DNA from: Camelus ferus
Taxonomy: Eukaryota
DNA: 64,000 nucleotides
Reading direction: 5' to 3'
Assembly: GCF_009834535.1 (NCBI RefSeq)
Contig: NC_045707.1
Coordinates: 47,680,001-47,744,000 of the forward strand
The notes beneath the pieces were generated by a model. It saw only the letters and a program-made list of their open reading frames with translations. It ran no database searches and had not been told where the DNA came from. A program made the position numbers and the translations under genes. Of the stretch, positions 50,060 to 64,000 are shown in pieces (position 1 is the first letter of the stretch; the number at the start of each line of letters is the position of its first letter).

Positions 50060-50700
50060 TGAAATTAACATTATACATCATTTTCACTACCAGATTGGCA
50101 AAGGCTAAATCACACAGTATTGATCAAAGGAAAGATCAACCATATTCTAATGTAGAAGCTGCGGTTATAGGAATAGTAGCAGCCTATCTGGAAGGTAATT
50201 TGGAAATATGCAAAGAACTGCAAAGGTGAGAGTCTTTGACCCAGTAATACATTTCTGAGAATCTATCCAAAGAAACTAATTATGAATGTACTTCAAGTTT
50301 TGGCCAAGGATGTTCATCACAGCATTGTTTACAGTAGCAAAGCAGTTGTTAGAAATAGCCTGTGTCAAATATAATATATTAAGAAAATTATGGTACAATC
50401 ATGTTGTCATTAAAAATGATACCATTCTATGCGATATTGGTTGATGTAAAAATGTCAGTGAAAAGAACAGGTTACAAAATCATGCTCAGAATGATTATGA
50501 GGGTGTGTGTAAATACAGTTGTGTGTGTGTGAGTGTGTGTGTGTGGACACATACACATGCTTAGGAAATATCTGTAAGCATATACAACAAAATGTGAACA
50601 ATCATTATTTCTGGGTAGTGCGTGATTTATGTTTCCTCTTTTTCCTTATCTAGGTTTTCTAAATTTTTCTCCTATGAACACATATGACTGTTAGAATTTT
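50060..50700 (+). mobile_element. Old L1ME-like 3' region
   Basis: ctaccagattggcaaag...tttgacccagtaatacatttctgagaatctatcc...aaggatgttcatcacagcattgtttacagtagcaaa. Confidence 0.7.
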
Positions 50701-51278
50701 TTTTAAATGTAACTGTTTTAATTTAAAAATATTTTTAAATGTATGATGTCATGTGCAGGAACTGCTTGGTGAGGGCACATAGGTGTGTGCACAGTCAGTA
50801 CCAGAACTGGGTCATTTCTCCTTGTGAGAAAGGGGCCTGCCAATGGGAGACAGTGCCTAAGGCCAGAGTTTGAGAAGAATTTTGTAACATCTCTTGGGGA
50901 GCCCTCAGGGATTTTAATAAACTAAAAAGACAAAATTACATGTCCTGCTACATGACAGCACTGAGAAAAATGTCCCTTCCCTCAGTATTTTTCTTTGTAT
51001 TTATATCCAAAAAATAAAATACTTCATTTCCAAGAAAACTCTTCACATCTTTGGAATGTGCAGGTGATATTGCAAATCACCTTCTGTGAGTTCTGCTCAT
51101 CTTTCTCTCTTCTCATGAGCCAGAATGTGTGACTTTACTGAAAGATTCATTTGCTTATTTGGAGAAAGTCAGCCCCTTTGCTCCGTCAATTAGTTCTAAT
51201 TTCTTCTCCTTTTGCCACAGTGTTATCACATTCATGACATTTTTTTTTATGTTCCATAAATGTCTCCTGGTATTTTTC

Positions 51279-51356
51279 ATTCCTTCTTCCCTCCCTCCCT
51301 TCCTTCCTTCTTTCCCTTCTTCCCTCCTTTCCTCTTTTCCTCTCTCCTCCCCTCCC
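51279..51356. repeat. Polypyrimidine (TTCC/CTCC)n low-complexity tract
   Basis: ttccttcttccctccctcccttccttccttctttcccttcttccctcctttcctcttttcctctctcctcccctccc. Confidence 0.9.
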
Positions 51357-51796
51357 AATAGAAGCAAGAATATCCATTTTTGTGCAGATCCACTCACTAT
51401 ATCTGTGGAAAGCTCTGACTAAGGACTTGGACAACCACCTTCTTTCAGTGATTCCTCATTTATATTTTTGGTGTTTGGAGACTTGAGCACTCTGCGCCGT
51501 GTGAAAAACGTCAATAATAGACATTCCCAAGTGCACAGAGGCTTAGGAGGGGCCCTTCAGAGTCAGGGTTAGGCCAGGGAAGATGCAGGCTCCTGAGAGG
51601 GAATGAGAGCTTGATGAGGTTCCTTCTTATTGAGGAGAAGGGCACCTGCAATGCCCCCACCACACCTGTCAGAGAGCATTGATGGCGTACTGTCAATCCG
51701 TGCCACTCAATAAAACCATTTGCTAAGAACTTACTGTGCATCAAACATGGTGCTAACCGTATTTCTTGAGGTAGGTATTATCATTTCCTGTAACAT

Positions 51797-52158
51797 ATGC
51801 TATTGTTCCCCTGCCCAGGTCCCCTTTACCGCCACTCACTTATCGCCTAGCTGCTAATAACAACTTAAAGCCACATCCTTAGGATGCGGGAGCTTCCTTT
51901 GGCCAGTGGGAGCTGCCTCCCTTCCCAGACTTCAGCCAATGCCTGACTGACGTTTTGGGATACAAAAGGCCAGTTCCTTTATCTCTTGGCAGAATTAACT
52001 CTGATGTAATTTATGCTTTAAAGTTCCCTTGTGTGGCTTTTCCACCTGTCCCATCGTGCTTCCCTGACTCCCCTTCTCCTGAGAGTACTCTCCCAAAGAA
52101 TAGCTTGCAGAAGATTCTTCAGCTCAAGCTTTGCTTCTAGGTAGCCTGACCTAAAACA
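51797..52158 (+). mobile_element. ERVL LTR16-like remnant
   Basis: cagccaatgcctgactgacg...gggatacaaaaggcc...ctcaagctttgcttctaggtagcctgacctaaaaca. Confidence 0.6.
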
Positions 52159-52459
52159 TCTCCCATTTTACAAAAGAAGAAACTTGAGCTCAGAGTGATT
52201 AAGTTGTTTACTCAAATCATAGAAAAGTAGAAATATAAAGTCCAATTAATACACAGCTGTTTAATTACTGTATGATAATTTTTCCCAATATTAATTTTGA
52301 TCAACAAACTTGCTGCCTCCAAGAGGGCATAGAATTCTATAAGCATGCTGGCAGCAAGCTGGGTTTAAATCTCAGGGTGCAGGGCAGGGAGGTTGTGATC
52401 CAGTCAGGGAGCCGTCAGATGGTGAGTGTGAGCAGACTCTGCAGAGGGCTTCAGCTAGG

Positions 52460-52650
52460 GATCGTGCTGTCCCCCTACTTCCCACCACAAACTAGGGACA
52501 GTTTGGAAAGGTATATTTGTTATTTGATTGTCACTAAGACTGTACGATAGTCCTAACATTTAATAAAGATGGCCAGGAATGTTAAAAATTCTGCAACATA
52601 AGGGGCAGTTCTGCTCAGCAAAGAATTGTTCTGCATCCTTGTTGAGAAAC
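52460..52650. mobile_element. MER3/MER20-like hAT element remnant
   Basis: gggacagtttggaaa...tttgattgtcac...ggccaggaatgttaaa...aaagaattgttctg...gttgagaaac. Confidence 0.5.
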
Positions 52651-55600
52651 ATGGCAAAGTGCCCAGGGTCAAGAAGTAAGTGAGCCAAATGCAGTCATCA
52701 AGTCCAAAGGGCAAGGGAATGATGGAAAAGAGACAGCAAAGCCAGAAGGACAATGACGCAGCCTTGGGGCTGGTGCCAACCAGGCGGAAGGGACAGCAGT
52801 GAGCGTGGCTGTCTTACCCACAGCTGGTGGTTCTCAGCATCCATTCTCTGGGGCACAGTGAGTCTGAGCCATTGTAAAAGTTGAGGACAAAGGAGGAAAC
52901 GAGGTGGCTGTCATGGGAACCCAGGAAGAAAGAGATTATGTAGCATTAGATTCATTGTTCGTTTATTTATTCCAATAAACAGGTAGTGAGCTCATACTCT
53001 TCTGGTGCTGTAGTGAGCACTAAGAAAACCAGAACGCAACAGATAACTTGTATATTCTGCATGCTAAGAAGTCAATGCTGGGAAGTTGGTGCAGTAATGA
53101 TTTGCCACATTCTAACTTTGGCTGCCCAACATTTGAACCTTACCCTACGTAGGAATTCTTTACCGTTTAAGTCTTGCTGGGCAGCAGGCCATCTCTCATG
53201 TGAGAAGCTGAAAACACCAGATACCGACTTTCCCACCTCTCCTGCAGGCAGGCCTGGAGAGCCGTCCCAGGTTTTTAATTGTGAGGTCGTTACCGAAGAG
53301 TGGAAGGAGAGGGAAGAAGTGTTTTGACTGATGAATGCTGGGTGCTATTTGGGGCCTCAGTTTCTAGCCAGGTAGATCTAGATTCAGATCGTCACGCTCT
53401 GTAGTGATTCAGGGAACAACCCAACACCCTCTAAATATACTCTCTTCTGACTTAAGTCAGCCACGATTAGTTTCTTTTGTGGGTGGATACCAGCACCTAC
53501 GATGTACCAGTCCTGGGAAAACAAAGGTAAATCAGACAACAGTGCTGTGTTCTCAGGATGACAAGCAGGTACCTAGGTCAGACTCCGGGAGGACTGCCAC
53601 GTGGATAAACAACCGTGGAGGCTCAGAATAGCAAGTGGTGGTAACCTGTATTGGGCTCAATTTGTGGGGCAGACCAAAAGCCAGGGAAGCTTGGTCTGTG
53701 TGAGACTTAATTAAAAAAAAAAGATAAAGGAAGAAACACATGGATGTTTTGTTACAAAGTGATACAGAAATCAGTCACAGGATGCTTGACCTCAGAAGGC
53801 AGACGCTGGGAGCCGGGACTGTGGTGGGGCAGTGGCCGAGAGTACTGGCTTCCCAGCCAGCCGTCCAGGGAAACTCTAGCCACGAGCTCAGACTTCTCCC
53901 TGCTTTTCTGTGAAAATAGAGGATGAAGAGTTATACAGAGCAGTTGAATTTTTGGCCTAGTTTATCCATAACTTCCCAAAGATGGTCCTATTTCTATCAT
54001 TATAAATTTGAAATCCTGTGATTTACAGTGTACAACCCAGCTTGCTATGGTTTGTGCTATTTTGTGTAAATTAAATAGAATTTTATTCTAGGGAGATGGA
54101 GGTGGGGCATTTAACACCCTGATTCCCTTTTGCTGTGTAACTGTCATTTAGTGAGCACCTTTTCCATGCCAGACTCTTTCCTACATATTATCTTTAACCT
54201 TCAAAACAATGCTCTGAGCAAGTATTTTGAGCTTAGTTTTACAGGCAAGGCCTAAGGACTTGCCCAAGATCACAGAGCTGGTCGGTGACAAAAAAAATCT
54301 GAACTCAGGTGAATCTGGCTCCAATCTTACCTGCTTTCCTTGACACACACCAGTGTTCCCTTTCCAGATATCCTAAATCAAGGAATCACATGTCCTACCC
54401 TAGGAATAATATATCTATTGATCCATCTGAAGTTCATAGTTCATTCTGAGCAGGTGTGTCTGAGATACGTATCAAGCTTAAGGGGTTGATTAAGATCAGT
54501 TACACAATGGAAAAACCAATGGTGAATAAGTCTTTCTCACTTTTTAAAAAAAGTTTGGTGGTTAAGACACTGGATTGTAAGACCTGTTCCCGGCTTGATT
54601 TCTCTGAATACTGATTAGCTTGGTTGGTGGGGTAATGCTGTCGTTAGCAGGGGTGGAGAATGTTGTTCTGAGGTCAGAGGCACAGTAGCGGGTCTACTGG
54701 CTCATATTTGCCCAACCCTCACTACTGGGCCCAGGGAGGGTATGGCCGCCTAGCGTGAATAGGCTAACCACTAGTATCAGTGGTAATAATAATGATTAAC
54801 ATTTCTTGAGCACTGACTATGTGTTTATACTGTATAATATATCATCTTTAGTCCTCTGCACAAATCTAAGAGGTACCACTTTTTAAATGAGGAAACAAAC
54901 TCAGGGAGGTTCAGCCACTACTGAATATCACACAGACAGCAGGTGGGCTATCTGGAGTTCAAACCCAGACTGTCCTATATCCAAATCCCAAACCCTAGGG
55001 ATCATGTGATACTAACTGTAGATGAGCAGTTCCAACTACACCTATGAAGAATTACTTTGAAATTATTACGTGCTTTTTCAATGACTATTTTCCGATGCCT
55101 ATTTTAGGATGGACAATAGGCTCCTGGACCAAAGAGACACGGCCTTTGCCATCATGGTGGAGGAGAAAAAAGAGTACACAAATAAACATAGAATGACAAA
55201 CTGCATTATCCGTGATGGAAAGGCATGGAAGGTGGGAGAGTATATCACAGGGGGACCTAGTCTAATCTAGCAGATTAGGGAAGACTTTCTGGGAGCAATG
55301 GTGACTAAGTACCAGAGGGATGAGTGTAGTTAACTGGGAGGAAGGGAGGGGAAATGAGAGAAGAAAATTACTGGCAGAATAAAGGGCATGTGCAAAGGCC
55401 TAAAGCAGAAGGAAAGAACTTGGAAAGAACTTTTAGTCTGTGGTCATTAGACACTGCTGGCCAGGGGGATAAATTTAGTTCGTAGATGTTTGTTTTGGCT
55501 GACATACTCTTCTGGAAAATTTTGAGCCTCAAAGAGGAAATGTTGCATAAATATTCTGACTTGAAGCTCCTTTCGAAAAAGCGTAAGAGCTGGCAACCCT

Positions 55601-57554
55601 TGGCCTCAGGGTTTCATGGTAACAGTGACAAGTGCTGAGTATCTGACCAGTTTAGGTGGGGCACACACACTCCATTTCTTGTCTTCCTACTCATTGTTGT
55701 CTCCCCAGCGCTGTAGTAGGCCTCACTTACCACCTGTCATCATATTTGCACTGTTGCATTTCTTATACTTCAGAATTATTTCTTTGTATCCCTGTCTTGA
55801 TCACAAGTGAAAGAAGGACCAAGAGAGCCATGTGCTTTTCCTCAAACTCAGCATGTACTATATTTCTTGGTGCCCATGGGCATTTAAATTCTCCCCAGTC
55901 CTACTTTGGAGGAAACAGAATAAAGGCTAGTAGTGTATACCACTATTTTATGGTCTAAAATATGTTGACTTTCTTGTCAATTGCAAATGCTTAGTGGGAA
56001 TAGGACACGCTTTATACGTTGTGAACCCCTCACCACGATAGGCATGGAGAGCTGAATATACAATGGATTTTAAGTCAAAGGTATAAAAAATGCTGGTTCT
56101 ACACTTCCAAATGTAGAACTGCACCTGTTTTGAATTGCTACTCAATTTATTAAGCATTTCTACTATATTAAGCAGAATAGATCATAAGATAGCCCTTGCC
56201 CCAGAGAACATATGTTACTCATTCTTTCCTTGGTCAGATAAATTAATCTTGCCATCTCCAAATCACTGCTCCTTACATATTAGCAAGACAGCACAAATTA
56301 ATTTTGAATTTTCCCTAAACATTTATAAACATGTCAAGTAATACAGACATCTCTGGCATGGTAAAAGAGTCCTGGGCAGTAATGCAAGAAACCACTTTAT
56401 TTTACACAATTAACATGTTCCCGCAAGACAGAGTGTAAATCACATCACACATTTAGAGCACTAGAGAAACTCATTGGGGGATCGTACGATGAATCATTTT
56501 GTAAAGCAGAGAATTTGAATGTGATACACAAAATCCCTCATTAATAGATACTTTTTGCAAGAGCAAAGTGTTCTATTAGGATTTAATAAAGTACATATGT
56601 GTCATATATGTGATATGCATAAAATGTCAGGATTTTTATATGTAACTAAAATTAGTTAATTTTTGTGTTTGCCTTTTATATCCTGGTCTATAGTTTTTGA
56701 CTTACTTTCTTTTCTTGCCACGTGTTGTCACTGTAACTAAGCCCTCTTACAAATCAAATCTTCAGCTCAGACTCAACCAGCAGAGGGTACTATTTGAGCA
56801 TTTAAGTGGACTTCCCATCTTTGTCTAACCCATCCAAAGAGAACAATATCTGAATAATAGCCAGGGCTGATATTCAATAGACAAGGTGCTGGCAAGGTAA
56901 TAGACATCAGTGATAATGTTTCAGCATCATTTTTCAGGAAATTCCCTTTGTTCTCTGCTGCTCACAAAGGACATTCTATGCAAAATGTACCTGTAATTCC
57001 TGGTGATAAATGATGGTAGCTGAAGAAGGGTGGTGGTAGTGGAGTAGAATCTGCTTCTGAATTTGCCAAAAGCTTATATCCCTTTTAGATTTAGGGTTCC
57101 GAATCAAGATATCAGCCCCACGTGTTCTCAGCTTGCTGGTGAATGGTAATGAAATAATTCCCTGCAATAGCAAATAACATAATAAAATAATCAGGCAGTC
57201 AATGCACATTGTAAATCGATGAGCACAGATGTCTCCAAATGGAGGGAATATTTGAAGATACTTTACATATTGCTTGGCTTGAAACACTTGAGAGTTAGTT
57301 AGTGACTGTTGAGCAAAGTAGAGTGTGCATCTCCCCATTCTGAAATTAAGTTCAGCATTATATATGATTAAATACGTTATAGAAGAAGACTTGTCCCTTA
57401 ATCTTTACATAAATTTGATTAATTTGTGTATAATAATGGATCACACATTTCTTAGTAAAATTTATTCATTTGGATTTTTATACTAATAATTTAAAATTTG
57501 TTGGCTATACCATTTTATTTTTGTTTTGTTTGCTTGTTTGCATTTTTTCCCAGT

Positions 57555-57962
57555 TTTAATAATTGTTATTGAAGTACAGTTTACAATGTTGTGTCAATTT
57601 CTAGTGTACAGCACAATACTTCAGTCACAGAAACGTACATACATTTGTTCTCATATTCTTCTTCATCATAGATTACTACAAGATATTGAATATGGTTCCC
57701 TGTGCTATACAGTATAAACTTGTTGTTTGCCTATTTTGTATATATTAGTATCTGCAAATCTCGAACACCCAGTATTTCCCTTCCCACCCCCTTCCCCTGC
57801 TGGTAACCATTAGTTTGTTTTCTATGTGAGTCTGTTTCTGTTTTGTAAATAAGTTCATTTGTCTTTTATTTATTTATTTTTTAGATTCCACATGTAAGTG
57901 ATATCATATGGTATTTTTCTTTCTCTTTCTGGCTTACTTCACTTAGAATGTCATTCTCCAGG
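57555..57962 (-). mobile_element. L1 3' end, closely related to the young family
   Basis: ttattgaagtacagtttacaatgttgtgtcaatttc...cccttcccacccc...ggtaacca...ttagattccacat...tggcttacttcacttagaatgtcattctccagg matches 38281-38673. Confidence 0.9.
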
Positions 57963-57999
57963 TTATGGAAGGAAAAACCACACATGATAATGACAGAAA

Positions 58000-60110
58000 A
58001 GATAAAAAGCACTTGTGCTAAAAAATAGTAGTTCTGTCTACTTCTGATCTTCAGTCTCTTTTCAGATTTAACTTTTATAGCCTTTTTTTTTTTTTTTTTT
58101 TTTTTTTTTAGTTATTTACCTCTATATCTCTAAGCAGTGTTCCTACACTACTAAATATCAGGTTATTAGTTTTAGGTGTTATATTTTGTCTTCCCATGCT
58201 GATAGATGAGAATGTCACTTAAGTCACTCAATACCTCCTTAGTAGTCATAGCTCTTCTTTAGATCTTTATTGGGTACATATGCAACTTTAGATAAAATAC
58301 TTACTCCTTTTGCAACTCTAAGTGAAACACTTAGTCTTTTAACAATAGACAATTTATTTTGTGTCCCTATCTTTTCAGTTCTTCTCTCCTACTTCTTCCT
58401 CCCAACCTGTACCTCTTGTAATCTGTATCTCTATAATGTCAAGATTATTAACATTTGCCTTCTGCTCCCTCATCATAATTCTATCATCTTTGTCTATAGG
58501 TTGATTCTAAAATTGTAAACCAATAGTGTTTATATTGGGACTCAATCTTGTTTATTGCAGTGTCACAAGGTATGCTATTATTATACACCCTGGACAGCTT
58601 TTAATTTTTCTGGAGTTTGTAATTGCCTTTTTTCCTTTATACTACTTGCCTTTCCTGTGTTCTCAATTTTTTTGGGGGGGGGGGGGGTCCATTCAGAGAT
58701 TTTTGTTTAATTTTTCCAGAAATTGCTTTCTTTTGAAGTTCCTCATCTTGCTACTCTTATCTATGCTTGTTATGTAGGCCTGCTAACAGTGATCATCTTG
58801 GTGTTACTTTTCTTTGTTTTCTCTTTTTTGGAACAAAAGTCTTTTGCTTTCTTTGTTTACTTTTTTTTTTTTTTTTTTGCTGCACTACATACTCATTAAA
58901 ATTCCTAAGAAATGATATGTGAGATGCAACTTTTTTGATTCTTTGAATGTGTGAAAATCAGCACATGCAAGTGTGATCTATGTTGATACTTGAATAATAA
59001 TTTGATTAAGTATAGAAAATATAAAATTCCTCAGAATTTTAAAGGCATTGTTCCTTTTTCTTGAGCATCGGTATTGCTGATGTGAAGTTTCATGCCAACT
59101 TGATTCTCATTCTTTGATGATCTGTTTTACCTTTCTGCTTTTTTTCTTTCAGGAACGATCATAGATAGAGGCCTTTTTACAGCAACTGGTGGACTGTTCC
59201 AACCTGAAGTATTAAGTCTTTAAGCTATTCAGAATTCTCTTGTATTAATCAAGTGAGCAATTTTCTCCCTTCCATTTTTGCTGCTCATTTTCCATAATTC
59301 CTGTTAATTACCTACTGGTCCTCCTGGTTTGATCCTTTTATCTTTTAAAATTTTATTTTCTGGGAGACTTTTTCAATTCTATACTCTAAAATTTCTTCTT
59401 TTTTCTTTCGGCAATCATATTCTTAAAATCAAGGTTCCTTCTTAAACTGTAATTTTTTCATAGTATCCTGTTCTTGTCTTATGAATGTAGTGTATTCTTG
59501 AATCTTTCTAAGGCTATTAGAGTTACTGTAAAAATTTCTCTTCCTTGCATTATCTCTTTATTTTGGAATCAGTGTTTCCTGTTCATTTATTTTGGTCCGA
59601 ATCTCCCACATTAGAGACTTTTTCAAATGTATGGGAATCTTTGGTTTTCTGCTTACATTTTAGAGAAAGGCAAATGCCATGACTAGGTTAATGATTTACA
59701 GAATGATGAAATCAACTGTCCCATAAACAGAATTTTGATCAATTTCCCCTATTTTCAGTCTGTGTGTCATTCCCACCCCTACTGTATCTGAATTTTTTCA
59801 GAATTCTGAGCATCTCAGTGGTTTTCTGGACAGTTTATCTCCATCTCTGTTACCACACCACCCACATCCCCTTTATTTTACTCTAAGCTCACTTCTTTAT
59901 ATGCCTTTCATCTGTTAGCATATCTCCATTTACTAGTCAACTTCCAAAACTGTGTCAAGTCTTCTATCAGCTAATGACCTCTATTTATTCTGGTTTATCG
60001 TACAAGTTTATACCTACTTGCATTCCTTCACTGACATTTTAATGGGCTTCTGGATGGAAAAGAATATAAATACATGTACACAATCTGCCATCTTTATCTG
60101 GAAGTCCATG
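58000..60110 (-). mobile_element. Very old T-rich LINE remnant (L1M/HAL1-like)
   Basis: Strong T bias; tcctcagaattttaaaggcattgttcc...tattgctgatgtgaagt...acttgattctcattcttt is typical of old L1M sequence. Confidence 0.45.
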
Positions 60111-63100
60111 TTAATTTTTGAATGTACATTTGTATGATCTGAAATTTCTAAATGCATATTCAGTATTTATTTTTAGTACACATAATTTGTAAAAATGTAT
60201 TTTCAGTGGACATACTTCAGATATCTTTTAGCATATGTCATTTCTCTGGCCATTTTCTTAATATTTGAAGGTAGAATAACAAGTCAAACATTTCTTTAAT
60301 CCTTTTGAGACATTAATCACTTCAAATGATTATATTTATTCTTTAAAACAACACTGTGGAATAGGTATTGCCACTATCCTGTTTTACAGATGAGAAATGG
60401 ATCTGATCATTAAGCTAATGATCAGAGAGCTGCTGAGTGCTGGCCTGGTACTTAGATCCAAACCTTTCAATGTCTTTCTCTGAAGACACAATATGTCTCT
60501 TAGATACCACTTGCTAAAACCCAATACATCCAACAGCATAAATAAATCATGTAATCTGTCTACAGAATAAATTCCTACTGCCACAAAGCTTCATGTGTTA
60601 TGTTTTAGTTTTAGTCTTGGTTGTACTTTTAAGACAATATTTAAAACTATTCCTGAATCTTTGGTATGGATGTAGCATTCCTAATTTCTCTTCCCAGTGA
60701 ACTCATGGATAACTTCCACTGATAAAATAAGTCATGTTGAATAAAGGAAAAGCTATTGTTTCAAAACATTGAGGGCAGGGCTAAGGAAGAGTCAGACTAT
60801 TCTAATTGTCTTCAACTATTATATACCTTAATACATTTTAGGTCAGATAATTTGGCTCTTAACATTCAAAACTGTATTAATTATGGGATTTTATAACGAG
60901 GTTATGTAGTATATGTTTGCCAATTGGGAAAGAAAGATAATTATGCTTGAATGTAGGTCACATTTAAGAAACTCTCTTAGGCCTAATGGGAACCATGTTT
61001 CCTTAAAAATCAAGAATTAATGATATTCAAGAGAATGGTGTCTCTCTCATCCTGTGACCCAGTTCTTCTGGTCCAAGATTTTTTTTTTTTCTTACCTTTT
61101 TTGGAGGCTGTTCTTAAGAAAAGAAACTTGTACAATTTCCCATAGTACAATTTCCCATAGTATAAGGTAGTTTGGGCCAGTTGTGGCAGCAGCTGAATTG
61201 GGTCTTGTTGGTTGTAAGGAACTGGTGGTAGAAGAATTACCAATAAAGATGTTTACATTTCTAGGGTTGATCTCATAAGCAGATAATTCTCCTAACTCCC
61301 CCCAAAGTGTTTTATACTGACTTGTATGAGAAGGAGGTTTTTGTCTACCATGTGGTTGTTTTTGTCTTTGCCCTTGAAAAACTTCTGTTAAGTTCAAACT
61401 GTCGGTGTTTTTTGTTTTTGTTTTTCTCCTGAGCTTCTTTGGTTTCAGCATTACTAAATGGCAAATCTAAAAAACATCATTTAAAATGGGAGTAAACTCC
61501 CCTCAAAACTAAGGAGTTTGATATAAGGATTTGATATAATTTTGTAGTGTCCTAGGAATCTTTGCTATACCTAATTAACCATTTTAATTGAGGCATGAAA
61601 AAATGCTCTACTCACAGATTTCCCAAACTTTGCCCCACCCCTCCCAAACTCACCCCTTACCACCAGGAAAAAGGCTGCAACACAATAATGGACTGTTTAA
61701 AATTCATTGCATGGTCAAAGAAGAACTGAAGTTTTCTAAAGGTGTATCTGGGTTTCTTTGGAATGGTACAAAGCAGGTGTTAACTCCCAGAGTTTTGTTT
61801 TCACTATTATAATTTAAATGGTTTATTAGTTTAACTTGTGTTGGGGTTGGGGCAAAATTCCTTTTTAAAAGAAATAGAGATAGGAGATCTAAATTTTAAC
61901 TTACAATTTTAAATGGTTTGAGACTTTTGTCAGTTTGAAATGTGTTTGTTTCCAGTTATTGTTTTCATCTTTGCCTTATCTTATTACTAATGGAATGTTA
62001 TAGTTAGCCAGTCAGCTGATGAACATTTTGAGGATGAATTTTATAGCTTGCGTTTCTCTTTGTCTCTTTTCCATCTTTAAAGAATTAAGGTACTTTAACA
62101 AGCTGCTTTAAGGAACTAACCATATTGTAAAACATACTGTACTTTAAGAGTATCAGGCATTTTTCACTATAGGCAGGCCCTACACCTCGGAAAGACGTAT
62201 GACATATGAAGGATGATCAGGGAAATGGAAAGATCTAAATCCTGAAATAACTCTCTTGATTGGATCCCCCATACCCTCCTCCCAGCAATTACTTGGCCCA
62301 CAGGACTGATGCTTATCTAGCCAGAATCCAGCAGTGAAAAAATATAGTTCTTCCTAGGTCTGTTCAGGCTCATCTAGCTATTAATTTCCACTTTGGAGTT
62401 CTTTTGTAATCATGCATGAGTGGTGTGTGAATTCCTCAGCGTTTAGAGTTTTCTGTGAATAAGGAACTCTGAGATCAGCTCTTACAAGTAGGTGAGCTGC
62501 GGTGCAGTAATCCAGCTGCTGCTTGTCTTTGGGGTGTAGTATGCTTAGCTAATTCCTGTTGACTATAATTCTAACTGGGTGGCTCTTGTTAAATCTTTGA
62601 GCAAAAGATGAAATCTTCAGGCCAAGGGCACACGGAGGAAAAATACTCTAACTATTCTTGACACTCTCCAGGTCTTAAAGCAAGAACTTGATTTATTTTT
62701 TTAAACAAGATTTATAAGCTTTGCCGACTGATCTCCCCTCGAAGGCTGCGGTTGGAAACTCATCAGTATAGTAGAGACACTGCTTTTATCAAGCTGGACA
62801 TTGTTCAAGGTTGTAATGCAGGATGAAGGAGAAGTAATGGATATCATGCTTTAAAGACATGTCTGACTGCTAGAAGATCATTCAGGTAGCAGCCCAGTAG
62901 TAGATCTGCCCCAGTGATTTGTGGGATGGCATTCTTAAATGCTGGAGAGGAGTGAGATTTATAAAGGGGAAGGATTGTGTTTAACTGAATCTCCTAGAAT
63001 TCTTTTTAAAGCCCTAGGATGACTTGTTAGGGTGTGTACATGACAGAATAAATGCAAGTGTTTCTGAGACTCTAAGACTTTGTAAATAAGGGTATTTTAT

Positions 63101-63699
63101 GTAGATATAAAGAATCCGAGGTAGCAGGAATGGTAGGGGTTGGATAAAGAGTATCATAGGGCAGAAGTAAGTTAAAGAGTCTCCCTTTCCCTGTTTGAAT
63201 AATATTTATTGGTTTGAAATTATAATTGTGGGAGCTTTGGAGAAAACTTCAGACTCAAGAGCAAGGTGTCTGTTATAATACTCAACATAGCAATTTATGT
63301 CTATGAGGAGATGAGTCATTTTGGATTTTTGATTTCTAGAACACCACATTTGGTGACCCTGTTACAAACTTTGGGATATATATTGCACTCCATAATACAG
63401 CTACAACAGTTTGGATTTTTTAAAAATCAGAATCATCATATGCTGTAGCTCTTGGATTTGATCCATAATGCTTCCTAGTCTAACGGCAGTCTCTAGAGCC
63501 CAGAGCCCTGGGACTGATTCCAACCAAAGAGTAGGTCAGCCTTGGGAGAGAAAGAAGTTGTTGCCCAGATAGCCACAAATGGACATGAGAGAAGGGTAAA
63601 TAAATTGTAGGGTAAATAAATTCCAAGTCTCTTTATTAGGAAGGGGATGGTGAGTGGGCAGAAGGAGAAACTAGGCACAGGGCTGACATTTCCTGAGCA

Positions 63700-63850
63700 C
63701 TCACTCAATGTCTCACACATTATTAGATGCCTTAAGACATGAGTTCATCTAGTCCTCACTAAATCCTAAAGGTTTTATTATGTTCATTATTACAGATAGG
63801 GAAACTGAAGAGAGAGGTTAGGAAAACTGCCCAAAGCCACAAAGCATATG
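63700..63850 (-). mobile_element. MIR remnant
   Basis: catctagtcctcac...ttacagatagggaaactgaagagagaggttaggaaaactgcccaaagccac. Confidence 0.65.
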
Positions 63851-64000
63851 GTAATATTTGTTAACTCCCATGACTGACTCTGCCACAGGTAGGTATAATG
63901 TAGGTGAGTTGATTACAATAGATTAGTGTCTATTGTAGATCTATAACTGTTTAGATCAATGCACAATGGCCATGGGTGATCAAATCATTGTTTTCTGAAG

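Noticed and set aside
50721..50740. Perfect 20-bp palindrome ATTTAAAAATATTTTTAAAT
   Set aside because: It is pure A/T low-complexity sequence at the tail of an old L1 and is plausible by chance.
51129..51434. ORFs rich in P/S/F or E/G/R/K
   Set aside because: They are products of the polypyrimidine simple repeat.
1..64000. CRISPR arrays, operons, rRNA or other prokaryotic systems
   Set aside because: The sequence is mammalian and repeat-rich, with no regularly spaced repeat-spacer structure or dense gene organisation.

Overview
AT-rich, CpG-depleted mammalian non-coding DNA (intergenic or deep intronic), most likely camelid, judged from a Vic-1-like tRNA-derived SINE. I can support no intact host protein-coding exon. 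The two clearly recognisable protein-homologous objects are a full-length processed ferritin light chain (FTL) pseudogene (+, ~8172-9063, with a mutated IRE and an (AAT)n tail) and a young, 5'-truncated 3.2 kb LINE-1 (-, 38238-41457). The L1 has a perfect 19-bp TSD, a nearly intact RT-to-C-terminus ORF2 and an apparent short 3' transduction. The rest is layered transposon debris (L1 3' ends of several ages, L2, MIR, MaLR/ERVL LTRs, hAT-Charlie elements including a BED-finger remnant), microsatellites and a few repeat-free, motif-rich segments that may be regulatory. Repeat family names come from recalled consensus sequences, not from a search, and boundaries of old repeats are approximate. I found no evidence of a new biological system; the best observations concern retrotransposition history.
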